From Desulfobulbus propionicus DSM 2032 (GTDB taxonomy: Bacteria; Desulfobacterota; Desulfobulbia; Desulfobulbales; Desulfobulbaceae): a DNA stretch of 32,000 nucleotides. The translations under genes and the position numbers were made by a program. Under the pieces are notes generated by a model. It ran no database searches and was not told the DNA's origin. It saw nothing but the letters and a program-made list of their open reading frames with translations. The DNA is taken from the NCBI RefSeq assembly GCF_000186885.1, contig NC_014972.1, positions 1,770,001 through 1,802,000 of the forward strand. The letters are read 5' to 3'. Shown here one piece after another: positions 1 through 8,359 of the stretch. Each line of letters starts with the position of its first letter. The first letter of the stretch is position 1.

Positions 1-156
1 GGGACAACAGGATGCCTTCGATTCCGGCCTTGGCTCGGGAGGGGCGCGATGCAACGATCAATTCCACGGCGGGTGTCCTTGGGCAAGCGGGCAGCGCTGG
101 TCAACGGCGGCTGAGGTTGGCACGGCCGGCGATGCGCAACGGGGGCGGAAACAGGC

Positions 157-699
157 TTATCCCTTGTTGTCGGAGGTATCCAGATACCGCGATAGATAGA
201 GGGACTGGAGGACAATGAACACCAGGGTCAGACCGAGCATGCCGAACAGTTTGAAGTTGACCCAGGTATCACTGTCAAAAAAGGTCATGACATAGAGATT
301 GGCCGCGCCCATGGCCAGAAAAAAGACTACCCAGCCGAGGTTGAGGCGGCGCCAGATGGGTGTCGGCAGGGTGATGTTGCCGGCCAGCATGCGTTCGACC
401 GCGGTCTTGCGGCCGACCAGCTGGCTGGCGAGGAACACCCCGGCGAAAATCCAGTTGATGATCGTCGGCTTCCATTTGATGAATTGTTCGTCATGGAGGT
501 AGAGGGTCAGGCCGCCGAAGACGACGATCACCGCCAGGGTGACCAGCTGCATGGCCGCCACGGTGCGGGTTCTCACCCAGAGAATGGCGATCTGGACAAA
601 GGTGGCGGCGATGGCCGCCGCAGTGGCCACGTAGATGTCGAACAGCTTGTAGGCGAGAAAAAAGAGCAGGATCGGAAAGAAATCAAACAGCAGTTTCAT
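157..699 (-). CDS. yciB: Intracellular septation protein A (YciB/IspZ family polytopic inner-membrane protein)
   Basis: 180-aa ORF with ATG at 699-697 and TAA at 159-157. The N-terminus MKLLFDFFPILLFFLAYKLFDIY and five hydrophobic segments match the YciB family as I remember it. GC3 bias is strong in this frame. Confidence 0.85.
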   Translation of the reverse strand: MKLLFDFFPILLFFLAYKLFDIYVATAAAIAATFVQIAILWVRTRTVAAMQLVTLAVIVVFGGLTLYLHDEQFIKWKPTIINWIFAGVFLASQLVGRKTAVERMLAGNITLPTPIWRRLNLGWVVFFLAMGAANLYVMTFFDSDTWVNFKLFGMLGLTLVFIVLQSLYLSRYLDTSDNKG

Positions 700-750
700 G
701 GAGCACCAGACGGTTGTCGCAAGCGGTTGGCAAGGAAAATGGAATGGGGC

Positions 751-780
751 ATCATACCGTTTTCAGTGGCCGGGGCGCAA
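751..780 (-). promoter_or_regulatory. Candidate sigma70-type promoter for yciB (TTGCGC-18 nt-TATGAT)
   Basis: On the minus strand, TTGCGC (780-775) and TATGAT (756-751) are separated by 18 nt, about 50 nt upstream of the yciB ATG. This is a pattern match only. Confidence 0.25.
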
Positions 781-833
781 GAAGCATCGACAAGGCTCCC
801 TTGCCGCCGATCCTCCCCCGCGCCATGCACCGG

Positions 834-1976
834 TCAGGGCTTCGCGGCCTGCGATTCGAACCGAGGCCGGTCGATCCAATAGGGGGCCGCCACGCCGCGC
901 CGATAGGCATCCAGGGCCTCGGGCGACGAGTTGACCCGTAGGTTGCTGTAACTGCCGTCGGCGTTTTCCCACCGTTCATGCCAGTAGACCGCCAGCCGAA
1001 CCCGTGGGTAATGGGTGGGCAGAAGGCGGAAGGCCTCGGCGATGAATCCGGCCTTGTCGCCCGGAGGAAACTCGCCCACGCCCCATTCGGCGAGAAAAAT
1101 CGGTTTGTGCGCATCCAATTGACTGATCTCCCGGTAGGGTTCATCCATCATCCGGAAAAATTCGGCCCAGCCCTCGGCTTTGTTCATCTTGCCGTAGACG
1201 CTCAGTCCCAGCCAGTCGACATAGGCCGATCCCGGATAATAGCTGGCCATGCGGTTCCATGCGTTTCGGGGCGTGCTGAAGTTGTTGGCGTGAAAACCCC
1301 ACCGCACATTGGTCGCCCCCTGCCTGCGCACCCGGTCGACCACATACCGGTAGGCCTGTTTGAAGGTTTCGGGCCCCTGATACAGGGGATGGCCGTCCCG
1401 GTGGCCGATGACCTTGCCCCCGCCGTAATAACAGCCGGACCAGGGAAACCAGGTGCCGTTCATCTCCAGGCCCCAGGTCACCAGCAGGTGCCGGCCGTCG
1501 TCGCGCGCCGCCATGGCCCAGGCATCGATGTACCGATCCCATTTGCCGGCCAGGATATCGAGCAGTTTGAATCGGTCCGGTCCCTTGCCCTCTGCGTAGG
1601 GCTTGTCCCACGGCGACCAGAAAATAAGCGGCACGGCGCCGTACTTGGCGACAATGCGCACCGTTTTGGCGGGAAAGGCCTGATCGCCCCAGAAATTGCC
1701 AAAGGCCACCACCGCCAGATGTTTGCCGGTCATCCGTTCAAAGCCGGTCAGGGCATCGTAGGTGACTTCGGCCTCTCCCTCGCCAAAATCCACATAGGCG
1801 CCGGTGTAGGCGCCGTTGACGGGCATGACCAGGGTGGCCGGTTCCTTGGCTGCTCCGATCGGTGCCGTCTTGCCGCTGGGGAGGGAATCATCCCGACACC
1901 CTTCGATGAACAGGGCGGCCAAACAAAGGGTGACAATGACCACAACGCGTTGCACAGCTTGTTTGTTGATCGGCAT
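834..1976 (-). CDS. Exported clan GH-A glycoside hydrolase, GH26-like (putative exopolysaccharide-trimming hydrolase)
   Basis: The track ORF is 834-1988. I prefer the ATG at 1976-1974 (MPINKQ...) because GGGAGG (1986-1981) lies 4 nt upstream. The upstream gene stops at 1992-1990. There is an N-terminal hydrophobic signal ending LFIEGC, a non-canonical possible lipobox. Motifs WGLEMNGTWFPW, YPGSAYVDWLGLSVY and IFLAEWG resemble the GH26 acid/base and nucleophile contexts. Stop is TGA at 836-834. Confidence 0.8.
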   Translation of the reverse strand: MPINKQAVQRVVVIVTLCLAALFIEGCRDDSLPSGKTAPIGAAKEPATLVMPVNGAYTGAYVDFGEGEAEVTYDALTGFERMTGKHLAVVAFGNFWGDQAFPAKTVRIVAKYGAVPLIFWSPWDKPYAEGKGPDRFKLLDILAGKWDRYIDAWAMAARDDGRHLLVTWGLEMNGTWFPWSGCYYGGGKVIGHRDGHPLYQGPETFKQAYRYVVDRVRRQGATNVRWGFHANNFSTPRNAWNRMASYYPGSAYVDWLGLSVYGKMNKAEGWAEFFRMMDEPYREISQLDAHKPIFLAEWGVGEFPPGDKAGFIAEAFRLLPTHYPRVRLAVYWHERWENADGSYSNLRVNSSPEALDAYRRGVAAPYWIDRPRFESQAAKP

Positions 1977-1989
1977 GCAGCCTCCCATG

Positions 1990-4900
1990 TCAGGTTGTGT
2001 AGGGGACCGAGGCGGTGCGGTCGAGTTTGCCCCAGCCGACCCACACCCCTTTGAGGGCCCTGAGAATGGCCTTGATCACCACGTAATTGAGCACCGGGCG
2101 ATAGACAAAGCGCATCGGCAGCACCAGCCAGATCTGGGCGAGTGGTTCCCGTTCGACCCGACAGGCCACCGCGGCCAGCAGCAGGTCGGCGGCGAGGAAC
2201 ACCAGAAAGTAGACATACAACAGGGGGTTGGCCGGACTGATCAACAGGGAGAGTAGCAGGAGCAGGTCGATGATCGAGCCGAGGGCCACGAGAACGATGT
2301 TGAACAACCAGGCGCTCGGCAGGCTGAACCAGCCCAATGCCTTGAAGCGGGGATGGAACAGCAGCTCCCGGTGTTTCCACAGGCATTGCAGGGTGCCGAA
2401 GGCCCAGCGGAATCGTTGCTTGGCAAAGGCTCGCAGTGTCTCCGGGGCCTCGGTCCAGGCGATGGCCCGGGAGGCGTAAGCGATGCGGAAGCCGCTTTTG
2501 TGCAGGGCCAGGGTGAGGTCGGTGTCCTCGGCCAGAGTCTCGGCGCCGATGCCGCCGGCCTCGGCAACGGCGCTCCGTCGCAGGGCGCTGACCGCGCCGG
2601 GTACCACGGTGATGCAGTCGAGCAGGGCATAGGCCCGGCGATCGAGGTTGAAGCCGCAGGTGTATTCCAGCGACTGGAAGCGGGCGAACAAGGTGCGGGG
2701 ATTGCCCACCCGTGCCCGGCCGCTGACCGCGCCCACCGTGGGGTCGGCAAGGGGGTGCACCAGATGACCGATGGTGTCGGGGGTAAACTGGGTGTCGGCG
2801 TCCAGGGTGACGATGATTTCGTGTCGGGCCGCGTCCAGACCCGTTCGCAGGGCCACGGCCTTGCCGCGATTGGCTTGCCGGAGCAGGCGGATGCGTTCAT
2901 CCTGGGCGGCCATGGCCATGACCAGGGCGGCGGTGTCGTCCTGGGAGCCGTCGTCGACCACCAGGATTTCCATCGGTCCCGCGTAACAGGTGTTGGTGAC
3001 CGCCCGCAGGGTGTCGCCGATCACCTTGACTTCGTTGTAGGCGGCGATCAATACCGTGACCGGCGGGACAAAGGCTGCCTGTTTGGCGGGCAGAACCGCT
3101 GGGTCGAGCCGGCGGCTGCGAATGGCCAGCCAGGAGACGGCCAGGGTCTTGACCACGGTCAGCAGGGTGGCCACGACCATGAACGCCCAGAAGAAATTGG
3201 TCAGTTCATGCATGGCGGTGAAGCCGCTTTCGCTGATCATCCGGGTCAGGGTGGGGCGGTCGGCGGGAACCGGCGGCATCAGCTGCTCGGCCGGAATGCC
3301 GACCAGCTCGGGCAGGGACAGCACCCGGTCGCCCCGGGCCTGAAGGTAGTCGATGATCGCGGGCAAGGCGGCCACGGTCTGGCTGCGGTCGCCGCCGGCA
3401 TCGTGGAGCAGGACCACGCTGCCTCCCTGGCTGCGGCCCTGCTGGATGCGTTCGAGCATTGTTTCCACTCCGGGTTCGGCCCAATCCTCGGGGTCGATGT
3501 CCTCGGTGACCGTTACATACCCCATGGCCTGGGCCAAGGCGATTGGCACCAACTCTTCGGGATCGTGCGGGTTGGTGTCGGCGTTGTAGGGCGGCCGGAA
3601 CAGGGTGGTGGAATGGCCGGTGATCGACTCGATCAACCGCTGGGTGGCGTTGTATTCGAGATGGGCGCGTTCCTCGGAGACCAGGGCGATGTTGGGGTGG
3701 CTGTAGGTGTGCACTCCGATCATGTGGCCTTCGCCGACGATCCGGCGGACCAGGTCCGGATGGTTTTCCATGTTGGCGCCGATCATGAAGAACGTCGCCT
3801 TGACGCCGCGCTCCTTGAGGATGTCGAGGATCTTTGGGGTCCATTTCCGATCCGGTCCATCGTCAAAGGTGAGGACGACGCCGTCGGCCGGCCCCCGTCC
3901 TTGATGAAGGAGCGTCAGGGTGCTGGGGAAGGTCTGGTAGGTTTCCTCGATCCGCCCTCCGGAAGCTGCCTTCCGATCGAAGTGGATGCGGCGGAAACCG
4001 TCGCTGCGCTCGTCGGTCAGGGTGATCAGGTTGCCCTGGCCGATATGGGCGATGCTGGCTTCGGCCGGGATTCGTTCCAGTCGGGCGAGATCGCTGCCGC
4101 GCAGGGGAATGGCGGTGGGGCGGTCGAGGACGTCCCAGATGCCGGGATCTTCCGTGCCCAGCCGGCTGATGGCGATGCCGCCCACCCGATGTTCCCGGGC
4201 AACGGTGAGCTGGTTGAGAAAGGTGATGGCGTCGAGAAACCAGACGGTGTGGACCGTGCCGCCGTCCTCGTAGACGAACGACGGGTTGGCCGACGACGGG
4301 TGGAAACGGCAGGCGGTCTGCGCCGAGCGGCGGGCGCGGGCCATCACGTCCACGAAACCGATCTGCTCGCCCTGACCCTCTCCAGCCGCCCAATCGTAGC
4401 CATACGATCCCTGGGAGATGATCCATTGACCGGGTGTGCCGTAGCCGCCGACCAGGGTAGAAAGCCAACCGGTGAAGAAATCCCGCGAGGCGATCGGACC
4501 CGGTTGGTCGGACTCGGCGTGTTCGTCGTGGAGCATGGCCACGAAATGGTCGACATGGCGGCTCAGGGCATCGAGGTCGAAGACCTTCAATTCCCGGCCG
4601 ATGGGCACGCACAGCCACAGCTGCATGTCCTCGTCGTGCAGGGCCTCGGCCATGCGGGCAAGAAAGCGGCTCATGTTGTCGCGGTAGCTGGGGTCGACCT
4701 GCTGCCAGTCGAGCACCACGCCGCCTGCGCCCGTGTCGTTCAGCGCGGCGATTAGCCGGGACAGGAAGGTGTTCTGCCGCTCGGCCGGACCGTTGATCAC
4801 CCCTTCCACCGCCTCGGGCAGCCAGGTGTCGCCGTCGCCGAGATTGCGCAGCAAGGGCATGAGCACCACTCCCTGTTCCCTTGCCACGGTGAGCACCGGC

Positions 4901-5430
4901 TCGTCGCTGGTGGCCGTGAACCGGCCGGATCCGTCCCTGAGTTCGAGCCAGTCCGGGCAGAGATGGGTCAGCCTGCCGGCGTGGGCCTTGAGGGAATCGA
5001 GGCTGTTTGGATCCCACCCCTCATAAAAGCCAAGCCGGATTTCCCTGTCGTGGCCCAAAACGGTGGCAGGAGCGGGCGCGCTGGTGTGAATTGCCGGCGG
5101 ATGCTTCCCGGGGTTCTTGTCCCGCTTGGCATAATCCAGCCACAGCGGCTTGGGACTCTTCTGGCCGTGGGCGGTGGTCTGCAACGCCTTGAGCCGGGAC
5201 GTCAACTGCTCCACGGCGGGCGGCATGTTCAGGCGCGAGGGCAGGATCAGGGTTTGGACAAAGAGGACAACCGCGGTGAAGAGCAGCAGTCCGCAGGCAA
5301 AGGACCACCGACGGAACCGGGGCCAGCGTTTGCCGCGCCGGTCGAGAAACACAAAGGATTCTCCGACGGCGTGGTGGGCGGCCGCAGAAGATGGGGGCGA
5401 GCCGTTGCCCGGCGGCGAAGGTGTGGTCAT
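1990..5430 (-). CDS. Multidomain membrane protein: TM, GH18-like domain (degenerate catalytic motif), CE4/NodB polysaccharide deacetylase, TM, processive family-2 glycosyltransferase (PgaC/IcaA/NodC-like), C-terminal TMs
   Basis: 1146-aa ORF with ATG at 5430-5428. CE4 motifs are VVLTFDDGP, HTYSHP, FRPPY and VVLLHD (aa ~515-705). GT2 motifs are VLIAAYNE, VVDDGSQDDT, TLDADT, AEDTDL and QRFRW (aa ~788-1020). The GH18-like region (aa ~130-435) has GGVVLDWQQV where GH18 enzymes have DGxDxDWE. Hydrophobic segments lie at aa ~43-66, ~745-770 and three after aa 1030. Confidence 0.9.
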   Translation of the reverse strand: MTTPSPPGNGSPPSSAAAHHAVGESFVFLDRRGKRWPRFRRWSFACGLLLFTAVVLFVQTLILPSRLNMPPAVEQLTSRLKALQTTAHGQKSPKPLWLDYAKRDKNPGKHPPAIHTSAPAPATVLGHDREIRLGFYEGWDPNSLDSLKAHAGRLTHLCPDWLELRDGSGRFTATSDEPVLTVAREQGVVLMPLLRNLGDGDTWLPEAVEGVINGPAERQNTFLSRLIAALNDTGAGGVVLDWQQVDPSYRDNMSRFLARMAEALHDEDMQLWLCVPIGRELKVFDLDALSRHVDHFVAMLHDEHAESDQPGPIASRDFFTGWLSTLVGGYGTPGQWIISQGSYGYDWAAGEGQGEQIGFVDVMARARRSAQTACRFHPSSANPSFVYEDGGTVHTVWFLDAITFLNQLTVAREHRVGGIAISRLGTEDPGIWDVLDRPTAIPLRGSDLARLERIPAEASIAHIGQGNLITLTDERSDGFRRIHFDRKAASGGRIEETYQTFPSTLTLLHQGRGPADGVVLTFDDGPDRKWTPKILDILKERGVKATFFMIGANMENHPDLVRRIVGEGHMIGVHTYSHPNIALVSEERAHLEYNATQRLIESITGHSTTLFRPPYNADTNPHDPEELVPIALAQAMGYVTVTEDIDPEDWAEPGVETMLERIQQGRSQGGSVVLLHDAGGDRSQTVAALPAIIDYLQARGDRVLSLPELVGIPAEQLMPPVPADRPTLTRMISESGFTAMHELTNFFWAFMVVATLLTVVKTLAVSWLAIRSRRLDPAVLPAKQAAFVPPVTVLIAAYNEVKVIGDTLRAVTNTCYAGPMEILVVDDGSQDDTAALVMAMAAQDERIRLLRQANRGKAVALRTGLDAARHEIIVTLDADTQFTPDTIGHLVHPLADPTVGAVSGRARVGNPRTLFARFQSLEYTCGFNLDRRAYALLDCITVVPGAVSALRRSAVAEAGGIGAETLAEDTDLTLALHKSGFRIAYASRAIAWTEAPETLRAFAKQRFRWAFGTLQCLWKHRELLFHPRFKALGWFSLPSAWLFNIVLVALGSIIDLLLLLSLLISPANPLLYVYFLVFLAADLLLAAVACRVEREPLAQIWLVLPMRFVYRPVLNYVVIKAILRALKGVWVGWGKLDRTASVPYTT

Positions 5431-5533
5431 CGCGATTCAAGAAATTCCGGCGGATGGTTATGCGCGGAACGGTTTGCGGTTCATGGAGGCCCGGGTGTGG
5501 CGCGTCGGTCGAGCCGATGGTGGCACTTGGATG

Positions 5534-5560
5534 AAAAAGCGGCGGAAAATACCGCGGCGC
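5534..5560 (-). terminator. Candidate intrinsic terminator downstream of the YibE/F gene
   Basis: The minus-strand RNA GCGCCGCGG-UAUUUU-CCGCCGC-UUUUU forms a 4 bp + mismatch + 2 bp GC stem followed by U5, and is preceded by an A5 tract. It sits 74 nt after the YibE/F stop. The stem is short. Confidence 0.35.
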
Positions 5561-5634
5561 GAAGCGTTTTTCAATGGAGAATTGTCAAGGAAAAGCGGGA
5601 AAAAAGAATGGCGGGACGCGGCCAGCCGTCGGGC

Positions 5635-6759
5635 TTAGGGAGCCGTCGGCTGACCGTGGCGATAGAGCAGGGCGGCAATGACCACGGTGCAGGGGGCCAC
5701 GGCAATCACTCCGAAACTGCCCACCAAGATATTGAGGACTTCGGCGGCGACAAAGGGGGCGTTGAGCAGGTTGGCCGGCGGCAACCCCTTGGCGAGGAAG
5801 ACCATGAACATGGCGATATGGCTGCCCGAATAGGCGAGCAGCAGGGTGGTGGTCATGGTGCCGGTGACCGCGCGGCCGACCCGCAGGCCGGAGCGCATGT
5901 GCTCGATCAGGCCGATCTCCGGATGCCGGTGCTTCAGTTCGTCCATGGTGGCGGCGATGTCCATGGCCAGGTCCATCACCGCCCCCGAGCAGGCGATGAA
6001 CACGCTGGCCACGAAGATGTCGGTCAGATTGAGATGCGGGTAGCCGGAATAGAGCAGCATCTCGGCAAAGGGACGGACCGCGCCGTGCAGGCGGAAGCCG
6101 TGGGTGAACAGGGCGGCCAGGCCGCAGGTGAGCAGCAGGCCAAGCAGCGAGCCGGCAAAGGTGGCCAGGCCGCGACGGGTCAGGCCGCCGACCGAGAAAC
6201 AAATCACTGCGGTCAACAAGGTGACGATCCCCAGGCCGGTGGCCAGAGGCGGATAGCCGAGCAGCAGCAGGGGGAAAAAAAGTTTCCACAGCACCAGGGC
6301 GGCAAAGATGAAGGAAAGTCCGGCCTTGAGGCCGGTGACCCCGGCCACGGCCACCAGCAGCAGGGCGAACAGGCCGACGAGAAACAGTTGCAGCCCCAGG
6401 CGATAGGCGCCCCGGGCCACGGCATTGACCGGCTGCCCCCCGGGTGCGCTGTATTCCACCAGGATGGTGGTGCCGGGCTGGTAGAATTCGTCGAGTTCCA
6501 TCTTGCCGGTGAGCATGTTGACCACCTCCAGCTCCTGGCCTTCGTGCGGCCCGGCAAGCAGGCGCACCCGCAGCAGCTGGACATTGGTCTTGACGATCAG
6601 ATGGGTGCGTACTTGGGAGTTGTCGACGCCGGTGACCAGGGCGCGGCAGCGGATGCCGCTGGGCGCCGGCGGGATGCGGGCCAGGTCGAGAAAGGCGAGG
6701 ACGAGGCAGAGACAGGCGATGATCAGGGAAAAGAACAAATCGCGGCGGATGGCGGACAT
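5635..6759 (-). CDS. YibE/F family membrane protein
   Basis: The track ORF is 5635-7047. Its first 96 codons are Pro/Ser-rich and overlap the 3' end of the upstream alkaline phosphatase gene. I start at ATG 6759-6757 (MSAIRRDLFFSLIIACLCL...). An N-terminal TM is followed by a soluble beta-rich segment and about 7 TM segments, as in YibE/F proteins. Stop is TAA at 5637-5635. Confidence 0.8.
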   Translation of the reverse strand: MSAIRRDLFFSLIIACLCLVLAFLDLARIPPAPSGIRCRALVTGVDNSQVRTHLIVKTNVQLLRVRLLAGPHEGQELEVVNMLTGKMELDEFYQPGTTILVEYSAPGGQPVNAVARGAYRLGLQLFLVGLFALLLVAVAGVTGLKAGLSFIFAALVLWKLFFPLLLLGYPPLATGLGIVTLLTAVICFSVGGLTRRGLATFAGSLLGLLLTCGLAALFTHGFRLHGAVRPFAEMLLYSGYPHLNLTDIFVASVFIACSGAVMDLAMDIAATMDELKHRHPEIGLIEHMRSGLRVGRAVTGTMTTTLLLAYSGSHIAMFMVFLAKGLPPANLLNAPFVAAEVLNILVGSFGVIAVAPCTVVIAALLYRHGQPTAP

Positions 6760-6832
6760 GAGCGGTACCGGGAGAACGCCCGCGGCGCCGCACAGGGGGC
6801 TCGGCGCTGCGGGACGGGGGAAAGGGGACGGG

Positions 6833-8359
6833 TTAGTTGACGGTTGCCTTGACAACGGGCAGGGGCTGCCAGATGCCCATGGCCATCTGCTTGGCGATGT
6901 CGGTGTTGTCGTAGAACCCGGCAAAACGCTGGGCTTCCGAGCCAACGGCAAAGACCGGCACCGGCACGCCGGTATGGGAATAGGAGGTCCAGCCGATGCT
7001 GGCCCGTTCGTTGAGAATATGGGTGATGGTGACGATGATCGGTTCATAGCCGCCGTAGAGCAGCTTGTTTTCTGCCTCGCTGTTGTCGTTGCTGCCGCTC
7101 ATTGACTTGTCGTAGGCATCCTCGAGTTTTTTCTTCTGATGGTCGTTCAGGCTGTCCCACGCCAGACCAAAGACGCTCTCCATCAATCCCAGCATCTCGC
7201 CGCTCGCCTCCAGGTTGTTGGGCGCGGTCCAGCTGTAGCCGTCCTTGTTGGCCGCCTTGTGCGCTTTCCACTGGTTCATGCCAAAGGCCTGGAAACTGCT
7301 CGTTTGCTTGAGCAGGCGGTCGTAATAGCCGCTGTAACCGGTAGTGGCGTGGCCCACCGACATGCCGCCGGTCTCGTGGTCGCCGGTGACCACGATCAGG
7401 GTTTGGCTGGGATGCTTGCGGTAAAACTCCAGAGCCACGCCGACTGCGTCGTCAAAGTCCAGGGTGTCGCCGATGGTGGCCATGGCGTCATTGGCATGAC
7501 AGGCCCAGTCGATCTTGCCGCCCTCGACCATGAGAAAAAAGCCGTCATCCTTGGGAAACCAACCGCCGTGCTTGCCCTCTTTTTTCCTGGTGAACAGCGA
7601 ATTGATGGCCACTTCGGTCATCTCGGCCAGACTCAGGTTGGTCTCCGGTCGGTCAATGGCATAGGGCATGGCGGCGCTGTCCTGGAGGGTGGGGTTGATG
7701 CACACCACCTTGCTCTTGGGATTTTTTTTCAACGCGAGGATCGCTTGCCGGTCGTTGAGGACGGTATAGCCGTTGGCCTGCATCTGGGCGGTGATGGTTT
7801 GCGCCTCGGAGGCCGCCAGGCCGCCGCCGCCAAAAAAGTCATAGCCGGAGGCAGCCATCTGCCGGGCAATGGCGTTCATGTCCCCGCGGCTGGGCACGCT
7901 GGCATAGAACGAGGCCGGGGTGGCGTGATCGAGCGACACACTGGAAATGAGACCGACGCGCTTGCCCTTTTCCTCGGCCAGTTCGGCGATGCTTTTGTAT
8001 TTGATGGTTTTTTGATCGTTCATGCCGATGACCCCGCTCTGGGTCTTGACGCCGCAGGCAAAGGCGGTGCCGGCCGAGGCGCTGTCGGTCATCAGGGCGT
8101 GGGCATCGTAGGTGGTCTGCATGCCCAGCACCGGGAGCTTGCTCATGTTCAGCCGGTTTTCCGCTTTGAGCAGGTCGGCGGCCTCGGTGGCCGAGCCGCC
8201 GTTCTTGGTGGTCAGGTAAGCCTCGGCCGCCTGAATCTGGGCGCTGGACATCCCGTCTCCGACAAAGAAAAAGACGTACTTGGGCATGGCGGCCCAGGCC
8301 GGCGCGGCTGCAAGGCTCAACACCGCGCAGGCGGCGCAGATCAACGTTCGTTTGTGCAT
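6833..8359 (-). CDS. Alkaline phosphatase (PhoA family), secreted
   Basis: The track ORF is 6833-8479. I start at ATG 8359-8357 (MHKRTLICAACAVLSLAAAPAWA...), preceded by AGGAGG (8369-8364). It has a Sec-type signal peptide. Motifs FFFVGDGM, TDSASAGTAFACGVKT (active-site Ser context), VTGDHETGG and YSHTGVPVPVFAVG are alkaline-phosphatase hallmarks. Confidence 0.9.
   Translation of the reverse strand: MHKRTLICAACAVLSLAAAPAWAAMPKYVFFFVGDGMSSAQIQAAEAYLTTKNGGSATEAADLLKAENRLNMSKLPVLGMQTTYDAHALMTDSASAGTAFACGVKTQSGVIGMNDQKTIKYKSIAELAEEKGKRVGLISSVSLDHATPASFYASVPSRGDMNAIARQMAASGYDFFGGGGLAASEAQTITAQMQANGYTVLNDRQAILALKKNPKSKVVCINPTLQDSAAMPYAIDRPETNLSLAEMTEVAINSLFTRKKEGKHGGWFPKDDGFFLMVEGGKIDWACHANDAMATIGDTLDFDDAVGVALEFYRKHPSQTLIVVTGDHETGGMSVGHATTGYSGYYDRLLKQTSSFQAFGMNQWKAHKAANKDGYSWTAPNNLEASGEMLGLMESVFGLAWDSLNDHQKKKLEDAYDKSMSGSNDNSEAENKLLYGGYEPIIVTITHILNERASIGWTSYSHTGVPVPVFAVGSEAQRFAGFYDNTDIAKQMAMGIWQPLPVVKATVN

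Noticed and set aside
1-218. Left-edge coding potential: the track ORF 12-218 (+), and a possible minus-strand gene start at GTG 67-65 (AAGGA 8 nt upstream, MELIVASRPSRAKAGIEGILLS...) running off the window
   Set aside because: The 12-218 product is Arg/Gly-rich, has no motifs, and would overlap the yciB 3' end. The minus-strand candidate is plausible (same strand as yciB, SD-like sequence, moderate GC3). However, only 22 codons are visible, which is too short to support a call.
2353-4755. 800-aa plus-strand ORF opposite the EPS synthase gene
   Set aside because: It is antisense to a gene with many intact catalytic motifs. Its product is low-complexity and G/A/D/H/Q/R-rich with no recognisable motif. 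This is a typical high-GC shadow ORF.
5583-5588. Perfect TTGACA -35 hexamer on the minus strand
   Set aside because: No acceptable -10 lies 16-19 nt downstream. The hexamer also lies between the YibE/F stop and the terminator-like hairpin.
5531-5638. 35-aa highly basic plus-strand small ORF (MKKRRKIPRREAFFNGELSRKSGKKEWRDAASRRA) in the intergenic region
   Set aside because: There is no convincing SD. The A-rich codons simply mirror the T-rich terminator and spacer of the opposite strand, and it overlaps the YibE/F stop. There is no basis to call it.
4963-6840. 625-aa plus-strand ORF spanning the synthase 5' end, the intergenic region and the YibE/F gene
   Set aside because: It crosses a non-coding spacer and is antisense to two supported genes. 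Its product is extremely G/R/Q/H/D-rich and repetitive, with no motifs.
6760-7047. 96-codon Pro/Ser-rich N-terminal extension of the YibE/F ORF
   Set aside because: It overlaps the alkaline phosphatase coding region out of frame and has atypical composition. The internal ATG 6759 gives a normal membrane-protein N-terminus.
7732-7739. T8 (A8 on the coding strand) homopolymer inside the alkaline phosphatase gene, considered as a slipped-strand phase-variation site
   Set aside because: The tract encodes an in-frame KKN and is short for a contingency locus. Similar A7/T7 runs occur in pbpC and in intergenic DNA.
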